64,000 bases of DNA, from the NCBI RefSeq assembly GCF_009914755.1, contig NC_060941.1, one strand, 5' to 3'. Made by a program: the position numbers and the translations under genes. The notes under the pieces were generated by a model. That model worked only from the letters and a program-made list of their open reading frames with translations, did no database searches and was not told where the DNA came from. Shown in pieces: positions 19,501-52,483 of the stretch (position 1 is the stretch's first letter; each line of letters begins with the position of its first letter). The stretch is from the human T2T-CHM13v2.0 reference genome, Homo sapiens.

Positions 19501-22500
19501 TAGCCAGCAGTCACAAAGTTAGTCACATCCCTGAAGCCCACCCATCTTTTCAGCGAAGAGCAGAGGCTTCTCTAAAGACAGTGGGGTCGGTGCCACTGGG
19601 ACAGAACCCAGTGGCCCACCCTCCCAGCCGGAGGTAGCTTCTGTTTCTTTTTCTTTTTTTTTTTTTTGAGACGGAGTTTGGAGTTTTGCTCTTGTTGCTC
19701 AGGCTGGAGTGCAATGGCGTGCTCTCGGCTCACCGCAACCTCTACCTCCTGTGTTCAAGCGATTCTCCTGTCTCAGCCTCCCGAGTAGCTGAGATACAGG
19801 CATGCGCCACCACGCCTGGCTAATTTTGTATTTTTGGTAGAGACGGGGTTTCTCCATGTTGGCCAGGCTAGTCTTGAACTCCCGACCTCAGGTGATCCGC
19901 CCGCCTCGGCCTCCCAAAGTGCTGGGATTACAGGCGTGAGCCACCGCGCCCGGCCCACAGGTAGCTTCTCACACCCAAGCCCTCCATGTACTTGACAGTC
20001 ACGGGGCTCAGGCTATGCGGGCCACATATGGAGCTGACATTTTTTACCTGCCTTGGGGCCCAGCATTAGGGACTGAGGACTAAGCTGTGCCTCTAGTCTC
20101 TGGGGGGAGGGAGCAGGGTCCTAGGCCTCTGAAACCTGGGCTGGGAGCTCTGGGGGTCAGCCACCCACATGGCATCCAACAGCCTCTGGAAAGGGGCATC
20201 AGGTGGGCACTCACCTGTCAGCCATCTGTGGGATGATGTAATGCCCATTCTTGTGATCTGAACAAAAATAAAAATGCCAAGTCACTCACTAGTGCTGGGT
20301 GGCCTCAGCAGCTGGGAGCCCACCTCACTGCCATGAGCAGGGCTGGCACCCAGAAGTGTCAGGGGAAAGTGGGGAGGGCAGGCCACCCCCAAGAATGCTG
20401 GGAGCTCGTGGGAGGATGCAGGATGCCCACCCCCACTCCCTAGCCCCAGCGATGCTATGGCCCAGAGCCTGCAGTAATTTCACAGGAGCCAGTTGCCTAG
20501 CAACATTGCTCCCCAGCCGCTCTGTCACCATGGCACCTGCTGCCGGGTGCGTCCAGGTCCCACCTGCCCAGCCCCAGCCAGGCCTGTCACAGCCAGGCGC
20601 CCCCCAAGCTCTGCTCACCCGGCTTGCGTCCACAGAGGTAGAAGGCCAGCCGGTCAGTGAGCTCATATTGGCACTCAACCAGCCTTTCCGCCAGCTCATG
20701 GTGCCCCGCCTGCCTGTGAGGAGGGGGTATGGCTCAGACCTGCAGCAGCAGCCCTCACCCACACCCCCACCCACCCACACTGCACCCTTCAGCCGACCCT
20801 CACCTGGCATAGTCAATGGGTGTGCGGCCATTAACATCAGGGGAGCCAGGGTCAGCCCCATACACTACAAGCAGCTCGGCCTGCAGTGTCTGTCCTGCCT
20901 TGGCAGCCACGTGCAGAGGTGTGGTGCCCTTCTCTGGGTGGAAGAAGTTGGCCTGGGCACCCAGGGAGAGCAGGCGCAGACATGTCTCCAGGTTGCCTGT
21001 CCGCACGCTCGAGTGTAGTTGCTAAGAGGAGCAGAGTGTGCAGTGAATACGCATGTGCGTGAGGCGCACCTCCCCACCCACAAGCTGCACCCTGGCTGCC
21101 CCTGGGACACCTAGCAGCTCCAAGGAGGCCTGCCCAAACCAGACTATGTCGGGAGGACAGAGGCTTCCCGCTAGGGGTTAATGCCAATTAATAAACGCTG
21201 CCGTCAGTCACCATCTACCACGTGTGCTGTGTGCCCTGCTTAGATACTATTTATGAAGTAGATGCTGTTATTTCTTTCCCATTTTACAGATGAGTAAACT
21301 GAGGCTATGAGTGGCTAAGCAACTACCCCCAGGTTTTCCCAGCTTCTGAGTGGCAGCTGTGGGCTTCTAGCCTTGTGTGTCTACTTGGTTGCTGGGGAGC
21401 CTCAGCCACACACGGCCTGACCCAACAATCTGCTCTCTCCACCCTGTCTACTGTTACCCTGACCTGGCTGCCTTTGGGGCCCAGGGCTCAGTGGGGACAA
21501 AGGAGAGGCCTTCAGAGAGTCGTGGATGGGAAGAAGAGGAGGGGGCCACCCATCTGTTGTAGGGCCCCTCAAACCTTGCTGAGGTCTTTGGCGGTGACTC
21601 CATCATCGTCCCGGCAGGGAAGCTTGTGCACAAATGCCAGCATCTGGTACTTGGCCCTGATGAACTCTGACTTGATGGGGCTGCATGGGGCACACAGGAG
21701 GAATGGGGAGCATGGTGGGAGAGGGTGGTCACCTTGCCACCTCCCAGGGCCCTGTCCCGGACTGCGCAGTCTCTGCCCACCACCCCTCCAGCCCCACTCA
21801 CTGGACTTTGTCTTGGGGGTTGGCTTTACGCCGGCCGCTCTGCACTTGTGCGGGGTCCAGCAGGGAGTGCTCCCAGATGGAGTTGGCCCCGTTGCTGGCA
21901 AGCGTGTGCACCATCTGCAGGGAAGAGATGCCAAGTGAGAGAGTGCCCACTGCGTGCTAAGCAATGGGGGAAACACTTCCTGAGCGCCTGCTGTGGCTGG
22001 CGTAGCTGGAAACGGTACCAAGGGGGCCTACTGTGTGCCCGCACCACCACACCTCCATCTAGTCCAGCTGCCCAAAGACACAGATCCCATGAGTGTGCCA
22101 AGGCTCAGAGAGGTGAAGCAACTTGCTCAATGCTACACGACCACGTTGATAAGTGGCAGAGCAGGGGTGTGAGCTACTCTTCTGCATGAAGTGAGTAGAT
22201 GGGAGGAAAGGGTCAGGATTAGCCTCTGCCCTAGGGGGGTGCTGCCCCTTGGAAGCTGCAGATTCCAGATGGGGGTGTATGTGGGTGAGGGGGAAACGCC
22301 CTCATGCTCAGCACACTCTGCCTGAGGGGAAGGAAGAACCACCCGACTGAGCCCTGTACCTGCAGCAGCGTGGGAGGCCAGGCGCTGTGGCGAAGGTGCT
22401 TGACAATGGAGATGTGGCGTCCCAGGCTCCGGTGCACGCTGCAGCACTCGTCACACACCAGCACACCCCTGCTGATGGATGCCCAGCCAGGGTCTGCCAG

Positions 22501-25500
22501 GGTGAGGGCAAGGGTCAGCCGGAGCCAGATGATGGGCCAGACCTCCTGAGCACCTGCTCTGGCCCGTGCCAAGCCTAGTACTCTCCACACATTCACTCAC
22601 TCAGTCTCCAACAGCCTAGGAGCTGGGACCATCACTACGGCCAGGTTACCAGTGAGGGATCTCCCCAAGAGCTCACAGCTGGGGGCTGACAGAGCCATGC
22701 CCTTTCCTACATCCTTACCCCTCTGGGATATGCAGTCCCCAGGGCCCATTCAGCAGGCACAGTTTCCTGCCCTGCAGCCACTGCTACCAGTCTCTCAGCC
22801 TTTTCCCAGGAAACGAGGTCTCTGCCCCAGCCCGTCCCGAAGGGAGGAAGGGATCCCCAAGGGGATGCAACCCAGATGCTGCTGCATGCCAGATGCTGTT
22901 GAAACATGCCTGACAGATCACACCCGTCCACAGGTCCTGCCTCTGGCCTCCTGCCAGCAGGTGAGGTCCTTTCATGCTGGAGCCTCCTGCCATCATCACT
23001 GAGGGTGTAAGCTGGAGCCCTCTTAAGGAAGATGGACAGAGCAAAGGAGCTGGGCTTGACTGGGCACCCACTAGGTACCAGCTGGGTACATTATGTGTGA
23101 TGCTGCTTGCAACTGTCAGGCAAGGTAGGACATGCTACCTCTGTGATGAAGAAACAGTGGCTCAGAGAGGTTAAAGGGCTTATTCAAGGATGCGAGGCTA
23201 ATGAGTAGAATTGCCAGGATGTGGCACTTTCATGCCTGAGACCATGCCATGTCCACACTTGCTGCTGTCCCTCTGCCTCTATAGCCTGCTCTCCACTCTT
23301 TTGGGAAAAGTGAACTTGGGAGAAGAAGCAGGGCCAGGACTGGGTGGGAGTTCCGGGGTTCTTCTCAAGGGTGGAGGAGATGCCACCCATCCTAGGCCCC
23401 TTGGGAGACAGCTGCGTACGACTCAGGCTGCGGAAAGGTCACGGGGGAGAAAGCAGCCATTGTGTGCCGCCTGAGAGTGGGGGCAGGGCGCCTCTCTCCC
23501 AGGACACTTTGCTCTGCCCAGCGGCCCCCACCCTGTCTCAGGAAACCCTGTCCTGGGGTGGGGGTGGGGGACTGGCTCTCTGCCTTGCCCTGTAGCGCTC
23601 AGGGTGTTCAGAAGTATCCCCATCAGGGGAGGGACAGGCTTAGGGGGATAAGAATCTCTCCCAACTAGAAGGCAATTCTCAGGCCTTTCCCCTCTAAGGA
23701 CTTCCACCAAAGTTCCCAGGAAAATTGAGGAGACTCTGAGTCAGGGGCCCAGCCTGAGCTCTGCCCACAGCAAGTGACCCCCACTGAGGCATGAAAACAG
23801 GAAGTAAAGGAGAGAGGCCTGTCTTTGGGTTTAGGCTTTTTTTTTTTTTTTTTTTTTTGAGACGGAGTCTCGCTCTGTCGCCCAGGCTGGAGTGCAGCGG
23901 GTTTAGGCTTTTTAAGGGACCCCCTCCCAATCAGGGCAACAGAGGGATGCCCAAGGTGACCGCCAACACCTTCCTGGGGGGCTGACTCCAGGGCTCAGGA
24001 GGAAGGGACCAGCCTTCTTCGCCAAGAGGGGGAGCCCTAGCATGCACTTCTGGGCTGGCTTTACCCAAATAGTGAGGCACCCCAGGTGTGGAGACCTCCC
24101 TCTCCCCACTCCAAACACCACTGGGTCAGGGGGCTGCCAGCCAGCCACCTCCAGCAGCCCAGGCAGGAAGCCGGAAATGATGCAGCCCAAATTCCTCTTG
24201 GTGGGGTTTCCTGTAAGTGGGGAGCCGCCCAGGGCAGGATCATAAATGGGCTGATCTGAGGTCTGTGGTCCTACCGGAGAAGCCAGGCATGGAAGGCTGA
24301 CTATATATCCACGGCCAATGGCTCCAGAGCCCTAAGCCATGGGCAGACCAGATGTGGTGAGTGACCCTGGCTATGGCAGTAACCAAGACCAGGATGCAGG
24401 AGTGTGGTCCAAGGGTTTGCCTGGCACTTTCCCCCAGCCTGGGGGAGGGGTTCTCCTTCTCCTCCAGGTGACCTGAGAAGAATGGTAGGCAAAGGACACT
24501 GTCCTGGTCTGGGCAGCCGCTATTGGTGTCAGCTCATTTCTGGATGACACAGATGGGACGCCCACCCTAACCATTCTGTCTCCTCCCTCTGTGCAAGTGC
24601 CCTTGGGACTACCCAGATTGTAGTTTAAGGTGAAGGGATCCTTGCGTCAAGAAGCTCCTTGGACCAAACCTGGGACGGAAAGGACAGGAACTGTAAGGGA
24701 ACTCGTCAGCCCTCCCCCTGCGCTTCTGGCTCCACCGGCAGGGTATGGGTCTGTATGTGTGGAGAGGTAGCAGGCGTGATCCTGGGATCACGTTAACCAG
24801 TGCCAACCCCATGGAGGCCTCTACTACGGTGAATTCCTGCCACCACCTGAAGCCATCAGTGGCCTCCAGGGCCAGTAGGTTTGCACATACAGGCTAGCCT
24901 CAGGCCTCCCTCCCCTGAGCTAAGGGCCAGATCTCCACTAGACTAAGGGAAAAGCCCACATCATGAAGGCAGGCGAGAGTAGTCCTTGGGGTAGAGTCAG
25001 AATGGTGGTTACCTCTGGGGTGCACGGACTGGGAGGGGGTACTTGGAAGCCCCCTAAGGTGATGGAAATGTTCTATAACATGCTTGTCTAACCTGCAGTC
25101 CATATGCGGCCCAGGCAGCTTTGAATGTGGCCCAACACAAATTCATAAACTTTCTTAAAACATTATGAGACTTTTTTGTGACTTTATTTTTTATTTTTAT
25201 TTTTGCTTGTTTTATTTAGCTCACCAGCTATCATTAGTGTTAGCGTATTTTAGGTGTGGCCCAAGAAAATTCTTCTTCCAATGTGGCCCAGGGAAGCAAA
25301 AAGATTGGATACCCTTATTCTATAACATGATCAGAGCAGTAGTTACATGGGTATACACACATGTAAAAGCCCATCAGGATGAACACTCAGGTGCAGGCAT
25401 TGACACACACAAATTCTACCTCCATAAGGGAGGAAGAGGAGCCCAACATTTGTCCCACTCTGCAATCTACACTATGAAGAGACAAATCAGCCTGTAGCTT

Positions 25501-28256
25501 GTCCCGTAACATGTCCCCGGCCTTGCTCACCAGAGATACCTACAGGACAGGCATCTTGAGGCCTTCACTCTCACCCCCAGGGTTGCCAAAGTGGAAAAGG
25601 CTGAGATAGAAGCCCATGGGGTGAGGAGAGGCCCTTGACTGAGATCGTGTGGCGAGGTGGGCCAAGGCTAAGGAAAGGGGAAGATGCACATTCTCCAGGG
25701 CTCCCTGCCCCCTTCCTCTCTTGGACTCCCCAGGCAGGCAGGAACACATACGGTGCCTGACGAGGTGGCACAAGCTGCCAGAGCAGCCATGTCATGTCCA
25801 GCTGCCTAGCAACACACTCACACTTGTCCTGTGTGCCCATGCCCGGGAGCAGAGGGAGGATGGGGCTCTCTGGGGACAGGCTGCATCTCACCTCTGACCT
25901 CCATGACCCCCCAAATTAACCAAGCACAAAAAGTCCCTGGCCCCACTCCTGTGGTTAGGACTGCAGGGCTCCTATCATAATAAAAGAAGCCTGTGACCCT
26001 GGGGTGGAGCGATACACCATGGGGCTGGCACTGGATCTGGACTCCGGACTGCTGGGTACCCTCATGCCTCTCTGCCTGAGATGCCACAGGACCCAGACCA
26101 AACATGCCGCTGCATGCCAGGGCCAGCATCCTAGGGTCCAGGTGTGGGATAGTCCCAAGCAGCCAGCCAGGGTCCTAACAAGCAGCCAAACACTCAGGGA
26201 GTGCCTGCCATGTGCTGGACACCTCGCTGGGTGCTAGGTGGGCTGATGAGTAAGACTGTCCACATCCTCCCCACCCCACCATCCTCACCTTCTCACCACC
26301 TTCCTGACCTCTATTGTGAATCAGGGGAAAGGAGGCATCTGGGGCACAAATTCCTCTGACAGATGAGGACCTGGGAGGAGGAGCTGGGCAATCCAACACA
26401 TCTGATGCCCACCATTCCTCCCTGAGCCCACTGGGCATCCAGAGGCTGTGGTCGGACATTCAACGCAACATACAAAGGACAACTGCCTTGCTGGTGCTGC
26501 CCTTCACCCCTCCACCCCAGAATCAGACCACAGATTCGGAGATGGCAGCCCCCCAAAAACCATTTCTACTCCAACTTCTTTGCCTCTGAATTGAGGAAGC
26601 TGAGGACCCCACAGTGAGGAAAGTCTTGTTGGGATTACAGAGTAAGCTGGGAACAAAGGCAACACTAAGCCCCAGACTCCCCCGATTGGGCGCCTGCTAA
26701 GACTCTCCTCCACATTCCATGCCATGCTTACCCCACGGAGTTGTGGAACAGTGGGGAGACATTTATAAGGCAAGGTGCATCCTCAGCCCTGCCATCCCCA
26801 GACCTGCCTGCAGCTCGGGGAACGGAGTCACAGTTTCTTAGGGGTATGGACCCTCAACCCCAGGGCCCTCTAAACCATGATAAGCCCCTAGGAGGCCTTG
26901 GTCATAACCACCTATGGAGTATTTTGTGCCCAAGCCCTGCTAAGTCATAGTTCCCAAATACTCTAGCTTGGCACCCCCAGAACCACCAGAGCATCTGTGA
27001 GGCTCAACCGGTGGGGTCCTGGGCCTGCTCAAGGGGTGGCTGAAAGTTATGGGCCCACAAACCAGCACCCCATACTCTCACTCTTAATCATGCCCACAGC
27101 CCCGCTAGAGTTCACGGACCTCCGCAGCCTGCCCAGGGGCCTACCAGGGAGATAGCTCCTTTGCTAAAGAAAGAATGGATGTGGGCTAGAGCTTCCTTCC
27201 CAGGCCAGCTGCAGAGCCCCGTCACTGGCTGTCCTCCCTCATCAGAAGGGAGCAGCCTCTTGGATCATTACCCCTGACTTCCTCAGCAGGCCTGGGGGGT
27301 TTCACTCCAGCCCAGTCCTAACTCTGTTAGGAAAAGGAAGGGAACCACCATGTAAATACAGCCAGGAGACAGGCCAGGAAGCCAGCAGGATACGGGGAAT
27401 CTCGGCACGGCCTCCCACCCATTTCTGGCCAGACTGGGCTAGGGGACAGGGAGGGGCCCGCACCCAGGATAGCTTGATGCCAAGCTCACTTTCCCAAGCA
27501 GGCCTTACCGGTGAACAGGAACAGCAGGGTCCAGCCGAGCTGTTCCCAGTCACCACCAGCAGGCCTGGGGATGCCTCCCGAGAAGACACCCGGGTCTAGA
27601 CTGGCCCTGAACGCCAGGCCCGGCAAGGAGCGCTAGCCTTAGGAACCCGAGGCAGGGAGTCCTGGGAGTAGCCACCGCTCATCTGCTCCTGAGGAGACGG
27701 TATTCAGGCCCCACTGGCGCATCTGCCCGGCCCTCTGCTCCTTGCCCTCCACCACCCCGGCAGGCGTACCGACCACGCGAGCAGCAGGTGCAAGACGCGG
27801 GGGTGGCACTGAGATGACATAAAACCACACTCGCCCCCACCTCCCAAGCCCTGACGGCCTCCGCCACGGCCCTCCTGCCACCCCAGGCTGGCGCTTCCGT
27901 CGGATACAGAGATGGAGGTGGAGGAGCAGCCAGCTGCCCGCCTCCCTCAGACCGAGGAGCGGGAGGCGGCGCCGGGAACGTCCTTCCTCGCTAGTCCACG
28001 GCCTCCAGGGAGCATGGGCACCCCAGGCCGGCCCTCCCGCCAAGGGCGCAGCTCCGCAGTGGCCGAGGCGGGGGCCCAGCCTGGAGGCCGCAGCCCCCCG
28101 CCCCGCCCAGCCCTCCGGCCCCGCACAGCGCTCTTGCCAGGCCCCGGCGCCCGCCCGGCGGCGGCCTGGCTGTGCGGTCCCGCCCCCGGCCCCGCCGCGC
28201 TTACCCGGGGCGCTGCAGTCCGCACACACCTCCGCTCGCGGCCCCTTTCGGGACAT
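13579..28256 (-). CDS. GIT1: GIT ArfGAP 1 (ArfGAP zinc finger, ankyrin repeats, Spa2-homology domain, coiled coil, paxillin-binding C-terminus); 761 aa, or 770 aa with the microexon
   Basis: Exons: 28205-28256, 22360-22493, 21802-21914, 21575-21680, 20804-21021, 20619-20713, 20215-20257, [17839-17865 optional], 17608-17656, 17176-17248, 16522-16619, 16013-16124, 15740-15873, 15399-15551, 15097-15327, 14955-15008, 14689-14775, 14507-14580, 14165-14347, 13956-14019, 13579-13791. Sum 2286 nt without the microexon. Carries the CADC...CDECCSVHR ArfGAP motif and ends [17 protein letters not shown]. Confidence 0.97.
17839..17865 (-). CDS. GIT1: GIT1 27-nt alternative microexon (adds 9 aa, RSRQKCMSQ)
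   Basis: Minus strand reads ...CTTAG|ATCTCGGCAAAAGTGCATGTCTCAGAG|GTATAT. Phase 2-2, matching the flanking exons. Confidence 0.85.
18340..18614 (+). mobile_element. AluJ-like element
   Basis: Diverged Alu consensus with a poly-A tail. Confidence 0.85.
19645..19955 (-). mobile_element. AluSp/Sq-like element
   Basis: Reverse Alu consensus, with GGTAGCTTCT on both sides as a probable TSD. Confidence 0.9.
23842..23898 (-). mobile_element. Severely 5'-truncated Alu (about 40 bp plus tail) with a 15-bp TSD
   Basis: GGGTTTAGGCTTTTT at 23827-23841 and 23899-23913 flanks poly-T + GAGACGGAGTCTCGCTCTGTCGCCCAGGCTGGAGTGCAGC. Confidence 0.9.
25079..25317 (-). mobile_element. MER30-like hAT-Charlie DNA transposon fossil inside an old L1M 3' fragment
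   Basis: Resembles the MER30 consensus as I recall it (...TGGCCCAGGGAAGC.AAAAGATTGGA.ACCC). 8-bp TSD TTCTATAA at 25071-25078 and 25318-25325 is the length typical of hAT elements. Confidence 0.8.
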
Positions 28257-28830
28257 CCTCAGCGGCGACGCGGCCGCAGCCCTCTGGGCCAGCGTGGGGG
28301 GCGCGGGCGGCGGGCCCGGGCGGCGGCGGCGGCCCCTGCTGCCCGGCCCGGCTCCGGCGAGGCCCCGGCGAGGCTCCGCGCGCCCGGCCAACCGTCCGCC
28401 CCGGGGCTGGCCCGGAACCCGCCGTGCCCGCCTGCCCGCTCGCCCTCGGGCGCCCTCCGCCCCGCGCCGCCCCGCCGCCGCTCGCGGCTCCTCTCTCCGC
28501 CCCCTGCGCGGCTCCCGGCCGCTTCTGCAGGAAGCGGCGCAGGCCCTGCCCACAGGGGGAGGGGCCGCACCCCCGCCCCGCCGCGCGCTGCCGGCCGCGC
28601 CCCCTAGAGAAAGGAAGCCCGGGCGCGGGCAGGAGGGGGCGGGGGCGCTTAAAGGGGCCGCGGCAGATGCCCGGCCCCGGCGGGCAGCGTGGCCTGCGGC
28701 CCTGGCCTCCGCTGCAGCGCTCGCCTGGCCCGGAGGCAATGTGAGTCACCCTCACAGCCCCCTCCCCTTCACTTTCCGCGTGGGGTGGACCGGGGGACGC
28801 TGGGCCCACGGACGGCGAGGGTGGGGATTA
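27650..28830. promoter_or_regulatory. CpG island / GIT1 promoter and first exon
   Basis: Dense CpG and GC boxes; contains the GIT1 ATG at 28256. Confidence 0.85.
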
Positions 28831-31800
28831 GGGAAGAAGGACTTGGAGGCCCAAGTCCCGCTCCAGGTCAAAGGGGCTGTGCCTTGGGGTACCCGTCTAT
28901 CTCTGGTTGGGGTGAGGTGTGCGTCCCTGTCCCGTAGGTGTCCACATCTGTGTGTCCAGGGGTGTGTGTGTATGTGTCACACTCTTGCTGAATACGCCCA
29001 CTGCTAACAATATGGACGCCCAGGTGCCAGAAAGGTCAGGCAGTGTATTCCCCTGCCTCCGGACTAAAAATATATCTATCTCTCCATGCATCCTTCCATC
29101 CAGAGAGGAGAGAATCTGGGCGGTTTTTAAAGACCTCCCGAGGAGTGACCACTGTGCCTGTGTGCACTCACATCCACTTGTCATCCGCCTTACACACACC
29201 CACGGTGTTTCTGGGCCACCAGAGGTGTGTGTGTCCAGAAAGGGTGCATATAACATAGAGGGGCCGTTTCAGGTGACGGCCTTTCTTCCTGGACTTCACA
29301 CGACGAGGCAGGCAAAGGCAAGGCAGGTGAGGGACGTGGGTGGGCTGGGGGGCAGGGAGCCTAGGTAGAGGCCGCACATGAGCGCAGCCCCCGCACTGAG
29401 CATGCGCCCCCATACGCGTGTGCCGCGCGTGTACCCAACCCCCAATCCCTGCAGCAGCAAAAGGCCCGGGCACTCTGCTTGTGGGGAGAGGGTAGAGGTC
29501 CCCAGGGCCAGACCTGGGGGCCAGGTCAGTGGTGACAATTGAGGAGGGGTTCTCCAAGAGTCAGAGACTCCTGCTTGTTAAGATGGGGGCAGTCCTTTGG
29601 CAGGGGTGCTCAAGTTGGTCGATTATCCCAGCGGTGCCAGAGCGGCAGTGATTTGTGGGTGGGCAGGCTCCTTCCCTAGGGGAGACAAGTAATGCTCATG
29701 AGTCACACCACCCGAAATACATGCAAAGCTGCCTCCATCGCCTTTTGCTGCGGCCCAGATTGACAAGTTTGTTTGAAATCGCGATCCATGGGCTTTATTT
29801 ATAATTGCACCTTAAAAAAATCTTGCAGGCCTCCCCTCCCTCGACAGCCAGCCGCTCAGCTGGTGGGGCTTTTGCAAGCAACGATACCTAGCTGGTGTGT
29901 AGGGGGGAGCACCACCTGCCGCCCCGAGCTGCTCTCTCACCAGAGTCCATGGGCTTGGTGGCCTCAGCGGGAAGGGGGTAAGGGGCGGGGGGAGTGAGAC
30001 GGGAGGAGTGGCCAGGCAGCCCGTGCCAGGCGCTCAGTCCACGAGCGGTGGCCGCCCGTTCACCCCCGATCGACCCCCAGCTATGGAATTTCATTTATTA
30101 AATGTCGAGGAGGCTGCTGGCAGCCCTGCCGCTTGGCTGTCTTTGTTTCTCCGCTGTGTGGGCGCGTCTCGAGCACGTGGCAGCTGAGAGCGCGGGCCGA
30201 AGCGCAAGCGACCTGGGTTCAGTGTCTACCGCCGCCTGGCAAAAAAAGAACACGGCCGCCCAGGGGACAGTTCCCCACAATCGACAACTCCCCACAATCC
30301 ATCCTGAACTCCCCCTGTCCTCGGACTCCTGGGCTTTGCTGGGGAAGAAGGATGATTCACTCTGCTTACCCCTCCACCCCACTCCCCATCTCCTGGTTGG
30401 CTCAGAGACTACCTGGGAGTGGCCCTGGCGCGGACACATCGTCCAAACTTTGTTTCCCCCAGCCCCGTCACAGCCAAACTTCTGGGCCTGGGACTGGAGA
30501 TAAAAGGGTTTCTGGATTCCCCCGTGGAGATGTCACCACCCCAGGAAGCAGGACTGCTACAGTGGAATCACACACAAGGTTCGAAAAACAATTTAATAAG
30601 GAAATGCACAGGCATGCTCCCGGCCACTCCTAGATGCCCCTCAACCGCGCCAGCCCCCTCCCCTGCACTGGCTGCAGCCACGACACTCTGCTGACCCCTG
30701 GTGGTGCAGGCGGGCAGCGGTCCCGGGCCCCCGGAGACGCCAGCTGGCTCCTCCCAGGCGGGAGAAAGGGGCGAGGCAGCCCGCTCCTCCCTCATCTCTT
30801 CCCGCTGGGGCCTGGCACCACAGGGTGTGGAGGAGGAAGGAGGGAAGACCACACAAAGAAACCTGAGAGAGTTTGCAAGCTTTTGCTGGCACCTCCCACA
30901 CAAACACTTCTTGGATTGTTGTTTTAAGTAGGGCCGGTGTGGAATCCCTTATTCCTGCCTTGTTCTGAGGTGGGCTCAAGAAGGCACCGTGCCTGGTCCC
31001 GCCACCTGTCTCGGCCCGCCTGGTTGGGGGAGGGAGGCGCTGTTTCCAGGGCAGTCATTATCCTTAGCTCACCCCAGGAGGTAGTATCTAGATTCTCATT
31101 TTGAAGGGGAGTGGACCGAGAAAGTCGGAAAAATTAAGCAGTTTGCTCTTTTAAGGTCAGGCAGTTGGAGCTATTCGAACTCTGGTCTCTCTGACATCAC
31201 AGTCCCCTCCCTCCAGGGACTGGTCCAAGCCTCTTGGTCCTTCCAGGCCTTGCAATTGGCGCTTGAGAGGCCAATTCAACTTTTACCACACCCTCTGCAG
31301 GGACCATTCTGGAAGTACCTCTTCACCCTGGGGTCATTCAGGAAGGAGACAGTCTCTGGAATCAGTCACTTCCCTTCCTGAAGGGCCAGCTGGGTGGAGG
31401 AACGGAGCTGCCACCTGCTGCTTTTTCTGTCCAACCTCACTCTGGTTCTTGCTGGGGACAGTGTGCGGGGGGAAAGGGACCATCTTTCCCGCGTTACTGG
31501 ACATTCTGTTTCCAATGACATGTGTGGAAGATGGAGTTTAATTTTCTAACAGGGCAGGGAAGACTCCTCAGAAATGTTCCAGGGGCCAGACCCCTGGCTG
31601 CTCCAATGACCCTTGGTACTGATGCCCCACACCTTTCTCAGGAGTTCCCAATCAGACGCTCTCTTCTGGGAATCCGGATCCTTCTTCATGGCCCCTGGGA
31701 CCCAAGCTCAATTCTGAAGACCACACCTCCACCCCGTCTCCCAAACGCTCGACCTAGGCCCGTGCCCCCCCACTTCCCCAGCAAAAGGCAAAATGCCAGC

Positions 31801-32499
31801 GGGGGAGGTGCGTCCCAGCCCACCTGGCGTCAGGGCCCCGCCCGCGTCTGGGCCAGGCCTGACTCCCCGCCCACTCTCCCACGAGATCCGGGGACAGTGC
31901 AGACCCTCTTCGGCCACCTGCCACCCCCAGTTTCACGAGGCGGACTACAAACCCCATGATGCCGCGGGGCTGAGCTGACAAGCTCTACCCGGGGCGCCTG
32001 GTCCCCTTCCTCTCTCCCCATCATCCCCACATCCCCGTATCCCGCGCCGGCCGCTCGGGCTGAGGGCCGGGCTATGCAGCTGTGGGGACCCGGGGGCTGC
32101 GGGCGCGCGTCCCTGCGGCGGCGTCCCCGGGGCCCGCGTCCCGTGCGCCCCCGCGCCCGCTGCGGGCGCCTGCTCCCTCCGCCGAGCGGCGTCTTTGTGT
32201 GCGGGGGTGTGGGAGGCGAGCGCGAGTCCGCGCAGCGCCGCCGAGTGCCCGCTCCCTCCCAGGGCGGGTGGGGGCCTCTCCGCGCCGCCCGCCGCCGCCG
32301 CCTCGCGAGGACGCCCGTCGCCCGCGCCGCCCGCACCGCGCCGGGCGCGCCGCCCCCGCCCGCCGCCGCTCGCACATGCCCGAGCCGCAGCCCCGCGAGC
32401 AGGCAGCGCCGGCCCCCCGCCCCGCGGCCCCGGGCCCCGGCTCCGGCGCCGTCCCTCCTCCCCGGCCGGGCGCCGCGGCCCCGGCATGAGGAGCGGGCG

Positions 32500-52483
<19,984 letters not shown>

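Noticed and set aside
27639-29007. Long ORFs around GIT1 exon 1 (likewise 31830-32847, 51789-52767 and 54400-55197)
   Set aside because: CpG-island artefacts; only the short true exons inside them are supported by splice sites.
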